Origin: Pseudomonadota bacterium
GTDB taxonomy: Bacteria > Pseudomonadota > Alphaproteobacteria > MPNO01 > UBA830
Direction: 5' to 3'
Assembly: GCA_036339975.1 (NCBI GenBank)
Contig: JAYYZV010000155.1
Coordinates: forward strand, 1,449 to 65,448
Length of the DNA stretch: 64,000 bases
A program made the position numbers and the translations under genes. The notes beneath the pieces were generated by a model. That model made no database searches and was not told where the DNA came from. It saw only the letters and a list, made by a program, of their open reading frames with translations. Below, in pieces: positions 19,220 through 28,586 of this stretch (positions are counted from its first letter, which is position 1; each line of letters opens with the position of its first letter).

Positions 19220-19984
19220 ATGATCGCAGAACAATGCGTCCTCTCCGCGGTAATTTCAATACGCAACGAGGAAGATCAGCTCGCCGATTGCCTCGCGATG
19301 CTTTCTTTCGCGGATGAAGTCGTCGTATTGCTGGATGACTGCACAGATGGGTCTCGCGAAATCGCTGCGCGTTATACCGATCGCCTTGTTGATGGCGACT
19401 GGGCGCTGGAAGGTGACCGGCGCAATGCAGGGATCGAGGCGTGTCGAGGAGTTTGGATTTTCGAGATCGACGCAGACGAACGCGTACCGGTGGCGCTGGG
19501 CGCGGAAATTCGTCAGGTTGTGGAAACCAGCTTGCACGACTGGCATGGAATTTTGGTCGACAACTATATCGGCGACCACCTTGTACGGCATGGCTGGGGC
19601 GGATCTTGGGGAAAAGCTCAATATCCAGGCCTGTTCCGGAAGGGAACAAAGCGCTGGGGGCGGCAGCGGCTGCATCCGGCCCTAGAACTGAACGGGAGTG
19701 AGGGACCGCCTCTGAATAACAGGGTTGACCATTACGTCGACCGGAATATTTCGGACATGATGCGACGACTAGATTCTTATACCACTGCCCGAGCCCGCGA
19801 TATTCGCGAGCATAATGACGGTGGATCTTATGCCAGAAATTTACGTCGGTTCTTCACCCGTTTCTGGAAGTGCTATGTCTCACGTAGGGGTTATCGCGAG
19901 GGTAAATACGGCTTTCTGATCGCATTATGCGCCGCGCTTTATCCTCTTCTGTCTTATCTGAAAGCCACGCTGGAGGAGAATTAG
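19220..19984 (+). CDS. Glycosyltransferase family 2 protein (LPS core/KdtX-WaaE-like)
   Basis: LSAVISIRNEE...DDCTDGS N-terminal GT2 (GT-A) motif; DxD region. ATG at 19220 is chosen over the listed upstream start. Confidence 0.7.
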   Translation: MIAEQCVLSAVISIRNEEDQLADCLAMLSFADEVVVLLDDCTDGSREIAARYTDRLVDGDWALEGDRRNAGIEACRGVWIFEIDADERVPVALGAEIRQVVETSLHDWHGILVDNYIGDHLVRHGWGGSWGKAQYPGLFRKGTKRWGRQRLHPALELNGSEGPPLNNRVDHYVDRNISDMMRRLDSYTTARARDIREHNDGGSYARNLRRFFTRFWKCYVSRRGYREGKYGFLIALCAALYPLLSYLKATLEEN

Positions 19985-19998
19985 TGGCTATCGTTAGG

Positions 19999-21021
19999 AT
20001 GGCAGACGATGGCATTGCGTTTGATGGCGATACGCTTTCGCACGGACCCCTCGGTGGTGCGGAAACGGCGTTTGTGTCCCTGGCGGAAGCGTTGGCCGCG
20101 CGCGGCCACCAAGTGTCCGTCTATAATAAGTGCGAGACGCCTATGACCCGCAACGGTGTTTCGTGGGAGCCGTTGGAAAATGCCTTGCCGGACTCGGCCG
20201 ATCTTTATATCGCTAATCGTGGTGACAGGCTCATTCAGCTTGTACCGCAGGCTCGGTCTCGGGTTTTTTGGATTCATAATCCCGCCCAGTATTTAAACAA
20301 GTGGCGTTACTGGCGGAAACTGCGGCGCTGGAGGCCGATCGTGGTATTTTCCTCCGATTTTCATGCGAGGACGATGGCCGGCTGGATGCCGGCTGGCGGT
20401 CGGCAGACGATCCCTTACGGAATATCGGAGAGTTTCCTGAAAGTAACACCGCCTGCGGATCCGCCGCCTCCATGTGTGGCGTTCACCTCCAGTCCTCTGC
20501 GGTCGCTCGACTGGCTTCTTGATTTGTGGTGTGCGGGCATCCGACCGAAAGTGCCGCATGCTCAGCTTCATGTGTTTTCTAGTCCTAAGACCTATGGCGC
20601 CCATGGTGATACGAGGTTAGAGGCGATGAACGCAGTACTCGAGCGTGCAGCCGGAATGGTGGATCAGGGCGTCGTGATCCGAGACCCGCTGCCGAAGGCG
20701 GAGCTTGCGGATGCCCTTGCTGGCTTCCGCGCGATGCTATATCGCGGCGACCCAGGCGAGACCTATTGTCTAGCGGTGGGTGAAGCACAGGCGGTCGGCA
20801 TTCCCGCGGTGGTGCAGGATATAGGCTGTGTAGCCGAGCGTGTGGTCGAGGGCGAGACGGGTTTTGTGGCGATCGACGATATGGATTTCGCGAGACGCGG
20901 CTGCGATATCCTGACGGATGACGAACTCTGGCGCCGTCTTCAGAAAAAAACGCTTGAACGGCAGCGCCGCTGGACATGGAGCGATGCTGCTGCCGACTTC
21001 GAAAAGCTGATTCCTGAATGA
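19999..21021 (+). CDS. Glycosyltransferase family 4 (GT-B) protein
   Basis: GGAETAFVSLAEALAARGHQV N-terminal GT4 motif; C-terminal E-x7-E-like region (GEAQAVGIPAVV...ETGFV). Confidence 0.7.
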   Translation: MADDGIAFDGDTLSHGPLGGAETAFVSLAEALAARGHQVSVYNKCETPMTRNGVSWEPLENALPDSADLYIANRGDRLIQLVPQARSRVFWIHNPAQYLNKWRYWRKLRRWRPIVVFSSDFHARTMAGWMPAGGRQTIPYGISESFLKVTPPADPPPPCVAFTSSPLRSLDWLLDLWCAGIRPKVPHAQLHVFSSPKTYGAHGDTRLEAMNAVLERAAGMVDQGVVIRDPLPKAELADALAGFRAMLYRGDPGETYCLAVGEAQAVGIPAVVQDIGCVAERVVEGETGFVAIDDMDFARRGCDILTDDELWRRLQKKTLERQRRWTWSDAAADFEKLIPE

Positions 21022-22058
21022 AAATTATGCAGACTATGGCCGGTGGAACCGTTGGTGGCGCGGAGGAGTTTTTCGTCCGTCTTGCGGCCGCGTTTGCATC
21101 CCGCCGGGTAGACCAATCCATCATAGTTCGACCCAACGGTACGAGGAGCCCTAGGCTACGCGAAGTAGGAGTTGATCCCGTAGAACTGCGCTTCGGTGGA
21201 CCACTTGATTTCCGTACCGTACCGTCACTCGCTTTGGAGATAGATCGAGTGCAACCCGATATCGTGTTGTCGTGGATGAACCGTGCGTCCGCGTTAACGG
21301 GAAAGGCCCGGCTGCGGGCCCGTGCAAAACCTGTACAGATCGGCCGGCAGGGCGGTTACTACGATCTCAAATACTATCGGTATTGTGATCACCTTATCGG
21401 CAATACCCCGGACATAGTAAAACACATGGTCGACAACGGCTGGCCGATGGACCGTGCGCATTATGTTCCCAACTTCGTACGCGCCGATCCGGGTGTTGTG
21501 CTGCCGCGCAGCCTGTTTGACGTTCCTAGTGACACACCGCTGATGCTTGCTGCGGGCCGCCTCCACCGGAACAAGGCTTTTGATATACTCTTACAAGCCA
21601 TGAAGTATGTGGACGGTGTACATTTGCTTCTGGCTGGAGACGGCCCGGACGCGCGCGCGTTGGAAGCGCTCGCTCACAAGCTAGGCGTTGCGCGAAGAGT
21701 AAGGTTCCTTGGGTGGCGCACGGACATCGCAGACCTGATGAAGACCGTCGATTTTCTCGTCTGTCCGTCGCGGATAGAGCCTCTAGGTAATGTCGTGATC
21801 GAAGCATGGGCCAGACATCTGCCCGTGGTTGCTGCGGCATCAGAAGGGCCTAGTTGGTTGATAACTGAGGGTAAAGATGGGTTGCTTTCTCCCATCGGTG
21901 ATTACCGCGCGCTGGCGTCGGCAATATCCCGCGTCGCGGTCGATCGCGACCTACCTGCTCAACTTGCTGCTGCCGGACATAAAAGATTCAAGGCAGAATT
22001 CACTGAGGCGGCGGTAGTCTCACAATTTTTGGCCCTGTTCGAGAAAGTGTCTCGCTGA
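21018..22058 (+). CDS. Glycosyltransferase family 4 (GT-B) protein
   Basis: GG(AE)EFFVRLAAAFASRR N-terminus; EPLGNVVIEAWARHLPVVAAASEGPSWLITEGKDGLL donor-binding region. ATGA overlap with the previous gene. Confidence 0.75.
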   Translation: MKIMQTMAGGTVGGAEEFFVRLAAAFASRRVDQSIIVRPNGTRSPRLREVGVDPVELRFGGPLDFRTVPSLALEIDRVQPDIVLSWMNRASALTGKARLRARAKPVQIGRQGGYYDLKYYRYCDHLIGNTPDIVKHMVDNGWPMDRAHYVPNFVRADPGVVLPRSLFDVPSDTPLMLAAGRLHRNKAFDILLQAMKYVDGVHLLLAGDGPDARALEALAHKLGVARRVRFLGWRTDIADLMKTVDFLVCPSRIEPLGNVVIEAWARHLPVVAAASEGPSWLITEGKDGLLSPIGDYRALASAISRVAVDRDLPAQLAAAGHKRFKAEFTEAAVVSQFLALFEKVSR

Positions 22059-23818
22059 TGTGCGGTATCGCCGGGATAATGACCACCAATCAGACGCCGC
22101 CGGATAGCAACCTGTTGGATGCTATGAAAACGGCGTTGGCGCATCGTGGCCCGGACGGGGATGCTGTTTGGGTGTCCGGTGATACCGGGCTGGTTCATAC
22201 ACGACTTGCCATCATCGATCTCGAAACCGGAAACCAGCCACTTTTCGACCTTGGTGGTGTGGCGTTGGTCGCAAATGGTGAGATCTATAACTATATCGAG
22301 CTACGAGACGAATTAACGGAGGTCGATTTCGTTACTGGTTCCGACTGCGAGTCGGTTCTGCACTATTACCATAGTTACGGTCTGGAATTCGCTGGCTGGC
22401 TGCGTGGTATGTATGCGTTGGCGATATTCGATCCGCAGAAGCACCAGCTTGTGCTTGCGCGCGACCCCTTCGGTATCAAGCCGCTTTACTATGCCCAGTC
22501 TGCGGATGGATTTGCTTTCGCCTCCGAACCGCAGGCTTTGCTGGCAGCGGGGTTTGGCGAGCGTTCCCTCCGCGAAAGAGCGGTCTGCGAATTGCTGCAA
22601 CTTCAGTTTACAACGGGTGCGGAGACTCCGTATGACGGTATTCAGCGCGTTCTGCCCGGCGAAACTATCGTGGTGGCCGGAGGTCGTGTAGTTGACCGTC
22701 GGCGACAGGACGCGTTGCCTGTCAGCGGGCCTAAACGTGTCGGAGAACGTTCTGCTTTGAGACGTGTGGAAGACGCCCTACTAGACAGTGTTGAAATGCA
22801 CCAGCGGTCAGATGTGCCATACGCGATGTTTTTGTCCGGCGGGATAGACTCTTCTGCCATTCTCGCTCTAATGGCGAGATTGAATGACCGTCCCGTAAAT
22901 GCGTTTACCGCCGGATTTCCTGGCACCGGTGCCGCGGATGAACGAGACCATGCGCGAACGGTAGCGCAGTCTCTTGGCGCAGTTCACCATGAAATTATCT
23001 TCGATGCTGACGACTTTGTGACGTTGCTACCCACAATTGCAGCATCGATGGACGAACCCGTAGCCGACTACGCTATCCTACCAACCTGGAAACTTGCGCA
23101 GGAGGCATCAAAATCTTTCAAGGTGATCCTGTCTGGTGAAGGCGGCGACGAGATTTTTGGTGGTTATGGCCGTTATCGCAACGCGATCCGGCCGAGATGG
23201 CTGGGCGGGCGGAACATGCGCCGGCGCGGCGCGATGGACGGACTCAATATTTTAAAAATGCCAAATTCAGGCTGGCGCGACGGATTTGCTGCCAGCGAAG
23301 CGCTGGCAGCAACAGGCGAGCGTTCTCGATTGCAGGTGGCCCAGGCTACCGATTGCGCTGACTGGTTACCAAACGATCTGCTTACTAAGCTCGATCGCTG
23401 TCTAATGGCGCATGGCGTGGAGGGGCGTACGCCGTTTCTTGACCCTGCAGTCGCTAATGCGGCGTTCGGATTGCCGGACAGGATGAAGATTCGGAAAAGA
23501 CAGGGGAAATGGATTCTTCGAAAATGGCTGGATGGGGCTGCGCCGGAGGCAGCGGCTTTTGCCGCAAAAAAAGGATTCACTGTTCCGGTTGGAGAATGGA
23601 TTTCAGACCAAGGTAAGAGACTCGGACCCCTTGTTGCATCTCAGGCCGGGGTGGCCGAATGGTGTAGGCCGGAAGCGGTGGAAACCGTATTCCGATCGAG
23701 CGGAAAGCACGAACTATTTGCGGCCTGGACACTGCTGTTTTTCGCTCTCTGGCATCAGTATCATATTGTTCGGGTTGAGGTCGGAGGTGATATTTTCGAC
23801 GCTTTGTCTCGCGCGTGA
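22058..23818 (+). CDS. asnB: Asparagine synthase (glutamine-hydrolysing) family amidotransferase
   Basis: N-terminal MCGIAG class-II glutamine amidotransferase nucleophile. SGGIDSS PP-loop ATP pyrophosphatase motif; 586 aa. Confidence 0.85.
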   Translation: MCGIAGIMTTNQTPPDSNLLDAMKTALAHRGPDGDAVWVSGDTGLVHTRLAIIDLETGNQPLFDLGGVALVANGEIYNYIELRDELTEVDFVTGSDCESVLHYYHSYGLEFAGWLRGMYALAIFDPQKHQLVLARDPFGIKPLYYAQSADGFAFASEPQALLAAGFGERSLRERAVCELLQLQFTTGAETPYDGIQRVLPGETIVVAGGRVVDRRRQDALPVSGPKRVGERSALRRVEDALLDSVEMHQRSDVPYAMFLSGGIDSSAILALMARLNDRPVNAFTAGFPGTGAADERDHARTVAQSLGAVHHEIIFDADDFVTLLPTIAASMDEPVADYAILPTWKLAQEASKSFKVILSGEGGDEIFGGYGRYRNAIRPRWLGGRNMRRRGAMDGLNILKMPNSGWRDGFAASEALAATGERSRLQVAQATDCADWLPNDLLTKLDRCLMAHGVEGRTPFLDPAVANAAFGLPDRMKIRKRQGKWILRKWLDGAAPEAAAFAAKKGFTVPVGEWISDQGKRLGPLVASQAGVAEWCRPEAVETVFRSSGKHELFAAWTLLFFALWHQYHIVRVEVGGDIFDALSRA

Positions 23819-23972
23819 TCTGTGGTTGTTATAGTTAAGTGGCATTGTCCTATAAAACTTTGCTCATCTGCAGTATGACGAGTGTTACTCGCTTGCAGTC
23901 TATCGTTAAGCCGTCCGCATAAAATATGGACAGAGATCGGCAGTTGCCGCATCATCCGCGACGAGGAGTGAA

Positions 23973-25184
23973 ATGGATACGATCGAAAGAACAATTAGCA
24001 GCGTCGACGCCGACGAATTGGTAGCCCGAGCTGCGGCAAAGAAACGTTCGCTGCGGGAGCGCCAACGCGATACAGAGCGCAATCGGCGTGTGTCCGATGA
24101 AGCCGTGGCCGAACTCAAAACCGAGGGGCTTTACAAGGTTATTCAGCCGGCCCGCTACGGTGGTTACGAGCATGATTTGTGGACTTTTGCCAGATGCGCT
24201 GCGGAGATCGGTGCCGGCTGCGGTTCGACAGGTTGGGTATATGCGACGGCGGCCCAGCATCAATGGCAGATAGGGATGTATGACGACCGGGCGCAGGCCG
24301 AGGTCTGGGGTGATACGCCGGAAGCAATTGCGGCGTCTTCCTATTCACCCGGCGGAACCGCGGTTGAAGTCGACGGTGGATACCGTATATCTGGTAAATG
24401 GCTCTATTGTTCTGGTGTTCTGAACGCCGACTGGATGATCCTAGGTGCGATGATTTCTAAGGATTTGGATTCGGAGCCATATACTCAGGGATACATTCTG
24501 GTGCCCAAAGCGGATTATCAGGTCGACGACAACTGGGATGTTGTGGGGTTAATCGGAACCGGCAGCAACGATGTGATTATCAATGATCTATTTGTACCAT
24601 CGTACCGCATGCTGACCCTGGATGAGGCCCTGTCTGGTAAGCCACCGGGGGCGGCAGTTAATCCCCATGAGCTCTGGCGGATCCCGTTTTTTGCCGCGAT
24701 TTCCCTGTGTCTATGCGCGCCCGCAATTGGGATGGCGCAGGGTGCGCTTGAAACGTATCTGGAAACGACCGGTGCACGGAAAACCCGTGGGGCGGCGCTC
24801 AGCCAACCGCAAAGCATGGCAGAGTTTCCGACTATACAAGTGCGTGTAGCGGAGGCCTCAGCCGCAATTGATGCCGCTAAGATGCTGGTTCGACGCGATT
24901 GTCAGGAAATTATGCGGATCATGGCGGAAGGGCGCCAACTGACCGTCGAAGAGCGGGCCAGAAATAAGGGCGACTTGAGCTTTGCCGTAAAAATGTCGCG
25001 TGGTGCAGTGGACCTGCTCTATGAAAGTGTCGGCGGTGCCGGTCTATCGAGCGAAAGCAAGACCCAGCGTTACTGGCGCGATGTCCACAGCGCATCCAAG
25101 CATATCAGCATGAACTGGGATATGTGTTCGACCCTCTATGGTCGCGTGTTGCTCGGCCTTCCGTCTGGGACGGCACAGTTCTAA
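23973..25184 (+). CDS. Acyl-CoA dehydrogenase-fold flavin-dependent monooxygenase (HsaA/HpaH-C2/DszC-like)
   Basis: ACAD N- and middle-domain architecture (YGGYEHD, GTGSNDV) without the ACAD catalytic-base context. Resembles group D flavin monooxygenase oxygenase components. Confidence 0.55.
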   Translation: MDTIERTISSVDADELVARAAAKKRSLRERQRDTERNRRVSDEAVAELKTEGLYKVIQPARYGGYEHDLWTFARCAAEIGAGCGSTGWVYATAAQHQWQIGMYDDRAQAEVWGDTPEAIAASSYSPGGTAVEVDGGYRISGKWLYCSGVLNADWMILGAMISKDLDSEPYTQGYILVPKADYQVDDNWDVVGLIGTGSNDVIINDLFVPSYRMLTLDEALSGKPPGAAVNPHELWRIPFFAAISLCLCAPAIGMAQGALETYLETTGARKTRGAALSQPQSMAEFPTIQVRVAEASAAIDAAKMLVRRDCQEIMRIMAEGRQLTVEERARNKGDLSFAVKMSRGAVDLLYESVGGAGLSSESKTQRYWRDVHSASKHISMNWDMCSTLYGRVLLGLPSGTAQF

Positions 25185-25188
25185 AGAT

Positions 25189-26379
25189 TTAAACAGCCTG
25201 TCCCGCCGCGTGGCCGCTCGACCAAGCCCACTGGAAATTAAAGCCGCCTAACCAACCAGTCACGTCGACCGCTTCGCCGATCGCATAAAGACCTGGAACG
25301 GATTTTGCTTCCATTGTTTGTGACGAAAGACTTCGGGTGTCGATGCCGCCCAAAGTCACCTCGGCTTTGGCATAACCTTCCGAGCCGGATGGGCTTAGCC
25401 GCCAACCGTTTAGCAGACTACCAAGAACAGTTAGAGATTGGTTGGTTTGCTCCGCCAACGGTCGATCGGGCAGATAGGCGGCGGCAAGTGCGGCCGCTAG
25501 CCGGGTGGGTAAGACGTCTGACAACACGGTTCGGACTTCAGACCTAGGTCTTTTTTTCTTTTGTTCAGCAAGCCATTTGGTTGCGCACATTTCCGGCAGT
25601 AGATCTATCGATATGTAGTCGCCGTTTTGCCAATAGGAAGATATCTGAAGGATAGAAGGACCCGACAGCCCGCGATGTGTGAAAAGAATGGCCTCACGGA
25701 ACTCCGCCCGGTCTAAACGCGCAATGCATTCTAGCGACACACCACTAAGAGGCTGCATCAGGTTCAGCGCTTCCCCCTCGAATGTCAGCGGCACTAGACC
25801 CGGCCGGATCTCGGAAAGGACGAGGTCGAAGCGCCTGGCGAGATCGTGTGCAAACCCGGTCGCACCCATCTTGGGGATCGAAAGGCCGCCCGTCGCCATC
25901 ACAACTGATTGTGCGGAGAAATACCCTTTGTCAGTGGTCACCCGAAAACGATCTGCCTTGGAAATATCGGTAATGCGTTGGGCGGTTCGAATGTCGACTG
26001 CGGAAGCCCCGCATTCATCAAGCAACATCTGGACCACTTCCCTAGCGGAGCCGTCGCAAAAAAGCTGTCCGTGAGTTTTTTCGTGCCAGAGAATGCCATG
26101 TTTGTCGATAAGGGAGATAAAATCATGCTGGGTGTACCGCGCCAGTGCCGATTTACAGAAATGTGGATTGCCCGATATAAAATTGTCCGCCGACACATAA
26201 AGATTGGTGAAATTGCACCTCCCGCCCCCTGAAATCTGGATTTTCCGGCCGGCTTCGTTCGCATGATCCAGCAATAACACCCGGCGCCCGCGGGTGCCCG
26301 CGGTCATCGCGCACAACATTCCCGCTGCTCCCGCACCGAGAACGATGACGTCGAATTCCTCCGGTCGTGCATTGTTCAT
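25189..26379 (-). CDS. NAD(P)/FAD-dependent oxidoreductase, HI0933/BaiN family flavoprotein
   Basis: DVIVLGAGAAGMLCA Rossmann motif and SGGGRCNFTN signature of the HI0933-like family. Confidence 0.8.
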   Translation of the reverse strand: MNNARPEEFDVIVLGAGAAGMLCAMTAGTRGRRVLLLDHANEAGRKIQISGGGRCNFTNLYVSADNFISGNPHFCKSALARYTQHDFISLIDKHGILWHEKTHGQLFCDGSAREVVQMLLDECGASAVDIRTAQRITDISKADRFRVTTDKGYFSAQSVVMATGGLSIPKMGATGFAHDLARRFDLVLSEIRPGLVPLTFEGEALNLMQPLSGVSLECIARLDRAEFREAILFTHRGLSGPSILQISSYWQNGDYISIDLLPEMCATKWLAEQKKKRPRSEVRTVLSDVLPTRLAAALAAAYLPDRPLAEQTNQSLTVLGSLLNGWRLSPSGSEGYAKAEVTLGGIDTRSLSSQTMEAKSVPGLYAIGEAVDVTGWLGGFNFQWAWSSGHAAGQAV

Positions 26380-26552
26380 GGCGTGGTCATAACATGTGGA
26401 TGGTCGTTAGGAACGTGTCAATAATTCTCAAGGCTGCCGGTTGCTCCCGATGGCTGGCGTTATTACACCCTGCTGCGGGTGCATAACTGTATAATGTCTC
26501 TCAATGACCTGTTCATATATCCTAACTAACATCTGCCGAGATAAACTAAAAA

Positions 26553-27863
26553 TTGCGGCTGCTATGTCTGAGTTTGTCTCTGACTTTGCTTGTTCTGCCG
26601 ATGATGGCGCGTTTTAAATCTATATCTTTTAACGGAGTTATGCTGGGTGGCATCGGTCGCGCTCTCGCTAGCCCCCACTATCGGCTTTACGCCTGCGGTC
26701 ATATAGCGAATGTATTCGGATGGTGGGGAAATCGCCTTGGCATTGGCTGGTTAACCTGGGATTTGACGGGATCGGCGGGCTTGCTTGGGATTGTTGCTTT
26801 CGCGGGCATGATACCGGTTACGCTTGTAGCGCCGTTTGCCGGGGTTTTTGCGGATCGGTATGGACATCGGCGAATGGCGATTCTTTCTGGTCTGGCCAGT
26901 GGAACGGTGACGCTGACGCTGGCTTTGCTCGTTCTGGCTGATAACATCACTGTACCGCTATTGCTGTTTCTCAGCGTCCTGCAGGGAGTTGGCTTTGGAA
27001 CAGAATTTCCTGCTCGACAGGCGCTGATACCCCAGCTGTGCAAACGGGAAAATCTTCCTGCCGCACTGGCTTTTAACTCTACCTCGTTTCAGGTTGGGAC
27101 GTTTCTAGGCCCCGTCGTCGCCGGGTATCTTATAGCGAGATATGGTACGGGTGCTTCAATCCTGATGTTTGCCGTTACTAACTACTGGATGGTGCTTATG
27201 ATCTTCCTGATTCGCCACCGACCAGAGCCTCGGGAGCGCAGACCCTTTTCAGGCTTCCTCGACGAGATTATGGAGGGATTCCGTTATATCGCGGCTAAGC
27301 CGGCACTTCGCCTTCTGTTTGCAATCAGCTTGACCATGGGTGTTTTGCTTCGGCCCTATACAGAGCTCTTGGCAGGGTTTGCAGACAATGTTTTCGGCGG
27401 CGGACCGGAAGAACTTGCTGCCCTGACCGCGGCGGCCGGTTTCGGCGCCCTGGCCAGCGGGTTGTTTTTGGCATTTCGGGGGCGCACACGCGGTTTGGTG
27501 AACATAATGTTGCTCGGGGCAGTGACCGGGTCTGTAGGCCTTGGGCTGTTTGCTATACAGACAAATATGACACTGGGTGTCATCACGATTTGCGTGGCGT
27601 CTCTCCTGCTGCTTACATGTCACGTTGGCGTCTATAGCCTGATCCAAAATGCCACCGATCAAGAGATGCGCGGCCGGGTTATCAGTTGCAGCGTTTCCAT
27701 CACTATCGGCGGTCCGGCACTTGGCGCCCTGTTAATTGGCTGGCTGGCGGAGTTGGTTGGATTTCAATGGGCAGTCGGTATAAGCGCGATTGCGGCCCTG
27801 ATTATTTTTTTCGCTCTATTGTCCCCGATCCGGAATGTGACCTCCGAAATAGAGGCAGAATAG
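26553..27863 (+). CDS. MFS transporter (EntS/YbdA-like)
   Basis: 12 hydrophobic segments; conserved ELLAGFAD and MRGRV motifs shared with the paralog at 44841..46082. True start probably the ATG at 26640. Confidence 0.75.
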   Translation: MRLLCLSLSLTLLVLPMMARFKSISFNGVMLGGIGRALASPHYRLYACGHIANVFGWWGNRLGIGWLTWDLTGSAGLLGIVAFAGMIPVTLVAPFAGVFADRYGHRRMAILSGLASGTVTLTLALLVLADNITVPLLLFLSVLQGVGFGTEFPARQALIPQLCKRENLPAALAFNSTSFQVGTFLGPVVAGYLIARYGTGASILMFAVTNYWMVLMIFLIRHRPEPRERRPFSGFLDEIMEGFRYIAAKPALRLLFAISLTMGVLLRPYTELLAGFADNVFGGGPEELAALTAAAGFGALASGLFLAFRGRTRGLVNIMLLGAVTGSVGLGLFAIQTNMTLGVITICVASLLLLTCHVGVYSLIQNATDQEMRGRVISCSVSITIGGPALGALLIGWLAELVGFQWAVGISAIAALIIFFALLSPIRNVTSEIEAE

Positions 27864-28100
27864 TAGGGTGGTCGGGTCAAGTTGCTAACTTTAAGTTGCC
27901 GGAATGCTAGCTCTTATTTCTGCGTTATTGGCCGGTTTCCAGTATGACAGGGGCCTATCAATCCCGATTTAGAGTATGCTGATTTTCTATGCTTGCGATG
28001 GTAGTTTTTGTATGTGAAACTAAAATGTTGATTAATAAACAGTTCGATATCTAAGTAATTGTTAAAATGCCGGTAACGGGAGATGAGGGTGAGCGAGAAT

Positions 28101-28586
28101 ATGAAATCGATGCTGTCGTTTCAGGTCAACGGTCGTCAGCGTGACGATGCTGTAGCCGGCAATTTGCTGCTAGTCGACTATCTGCGAGAAACTGTAGGGC
28201 TCACAGGTACGAAAATTGGTTGCGACGGCGGCGAATGTGGATTGTGCACTGTCTTAATCGACGGCCAGGCCCAACACTCATGTCTGACGCTAGCTGCAAC
28301 CTGCAATGGAACGTCGGTCGAGACGATCGAATCGCTTGCGGATGGTGGTCGATTGAATGCCATCCAGCGTGGATTTCACGAAAAACTCGGTGCCCAGTGT
28401 GGGTTTTGTACTCCTGGTATGGTGATGGCTGCAGAAGGGCTTCTCCGGTCGGATCCAGATCCGGATGACGCGACAATCCGTAGGGAAATGGCGGCAAATA
28501 TTTGCCGTTGCACAGGGTATGTGAAGATCATCGAAGCCGTTCGCTTTGCCGCCGACGAAATCAAAATAGCGACGGAGGCCGTGTGA
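28101..28586 (+). CDS. Molybdenum hydroxylase (xanthine dehydrogenase/CoxS family) small subunit, (2Fe-2S)-binding
   Basis: Two [2Fe-2S] motifs: [11 protein letters not shown] (plant-type) and [12 protein letters not shown]...CRCTGY (four-helix bundle type). Confidence 0.9.
   Translation: MKSMLSFQVNGRQRDDAVAGNLLLVDYLRETVGLTGTKIGCDGGECGLCTVLIDGQAQHSCLTLAATCNGTSVETIESLADGGRLNAIQRGFHEKLGAQCGFCTPGMVMAAEGLLRSDPDPDDATIRREMAANICRCTGYVKIIEAVRFAADEIKIATEAV

Noticed and set aside
20585-21136. 183-aa minus-strand ORF spanning the GT4/GT4 junction
   Set aside because: Pro/Arg/Ser-rich low-complexity shadow ORF; the plus-strand glycosyltransferases have clear family motifs.
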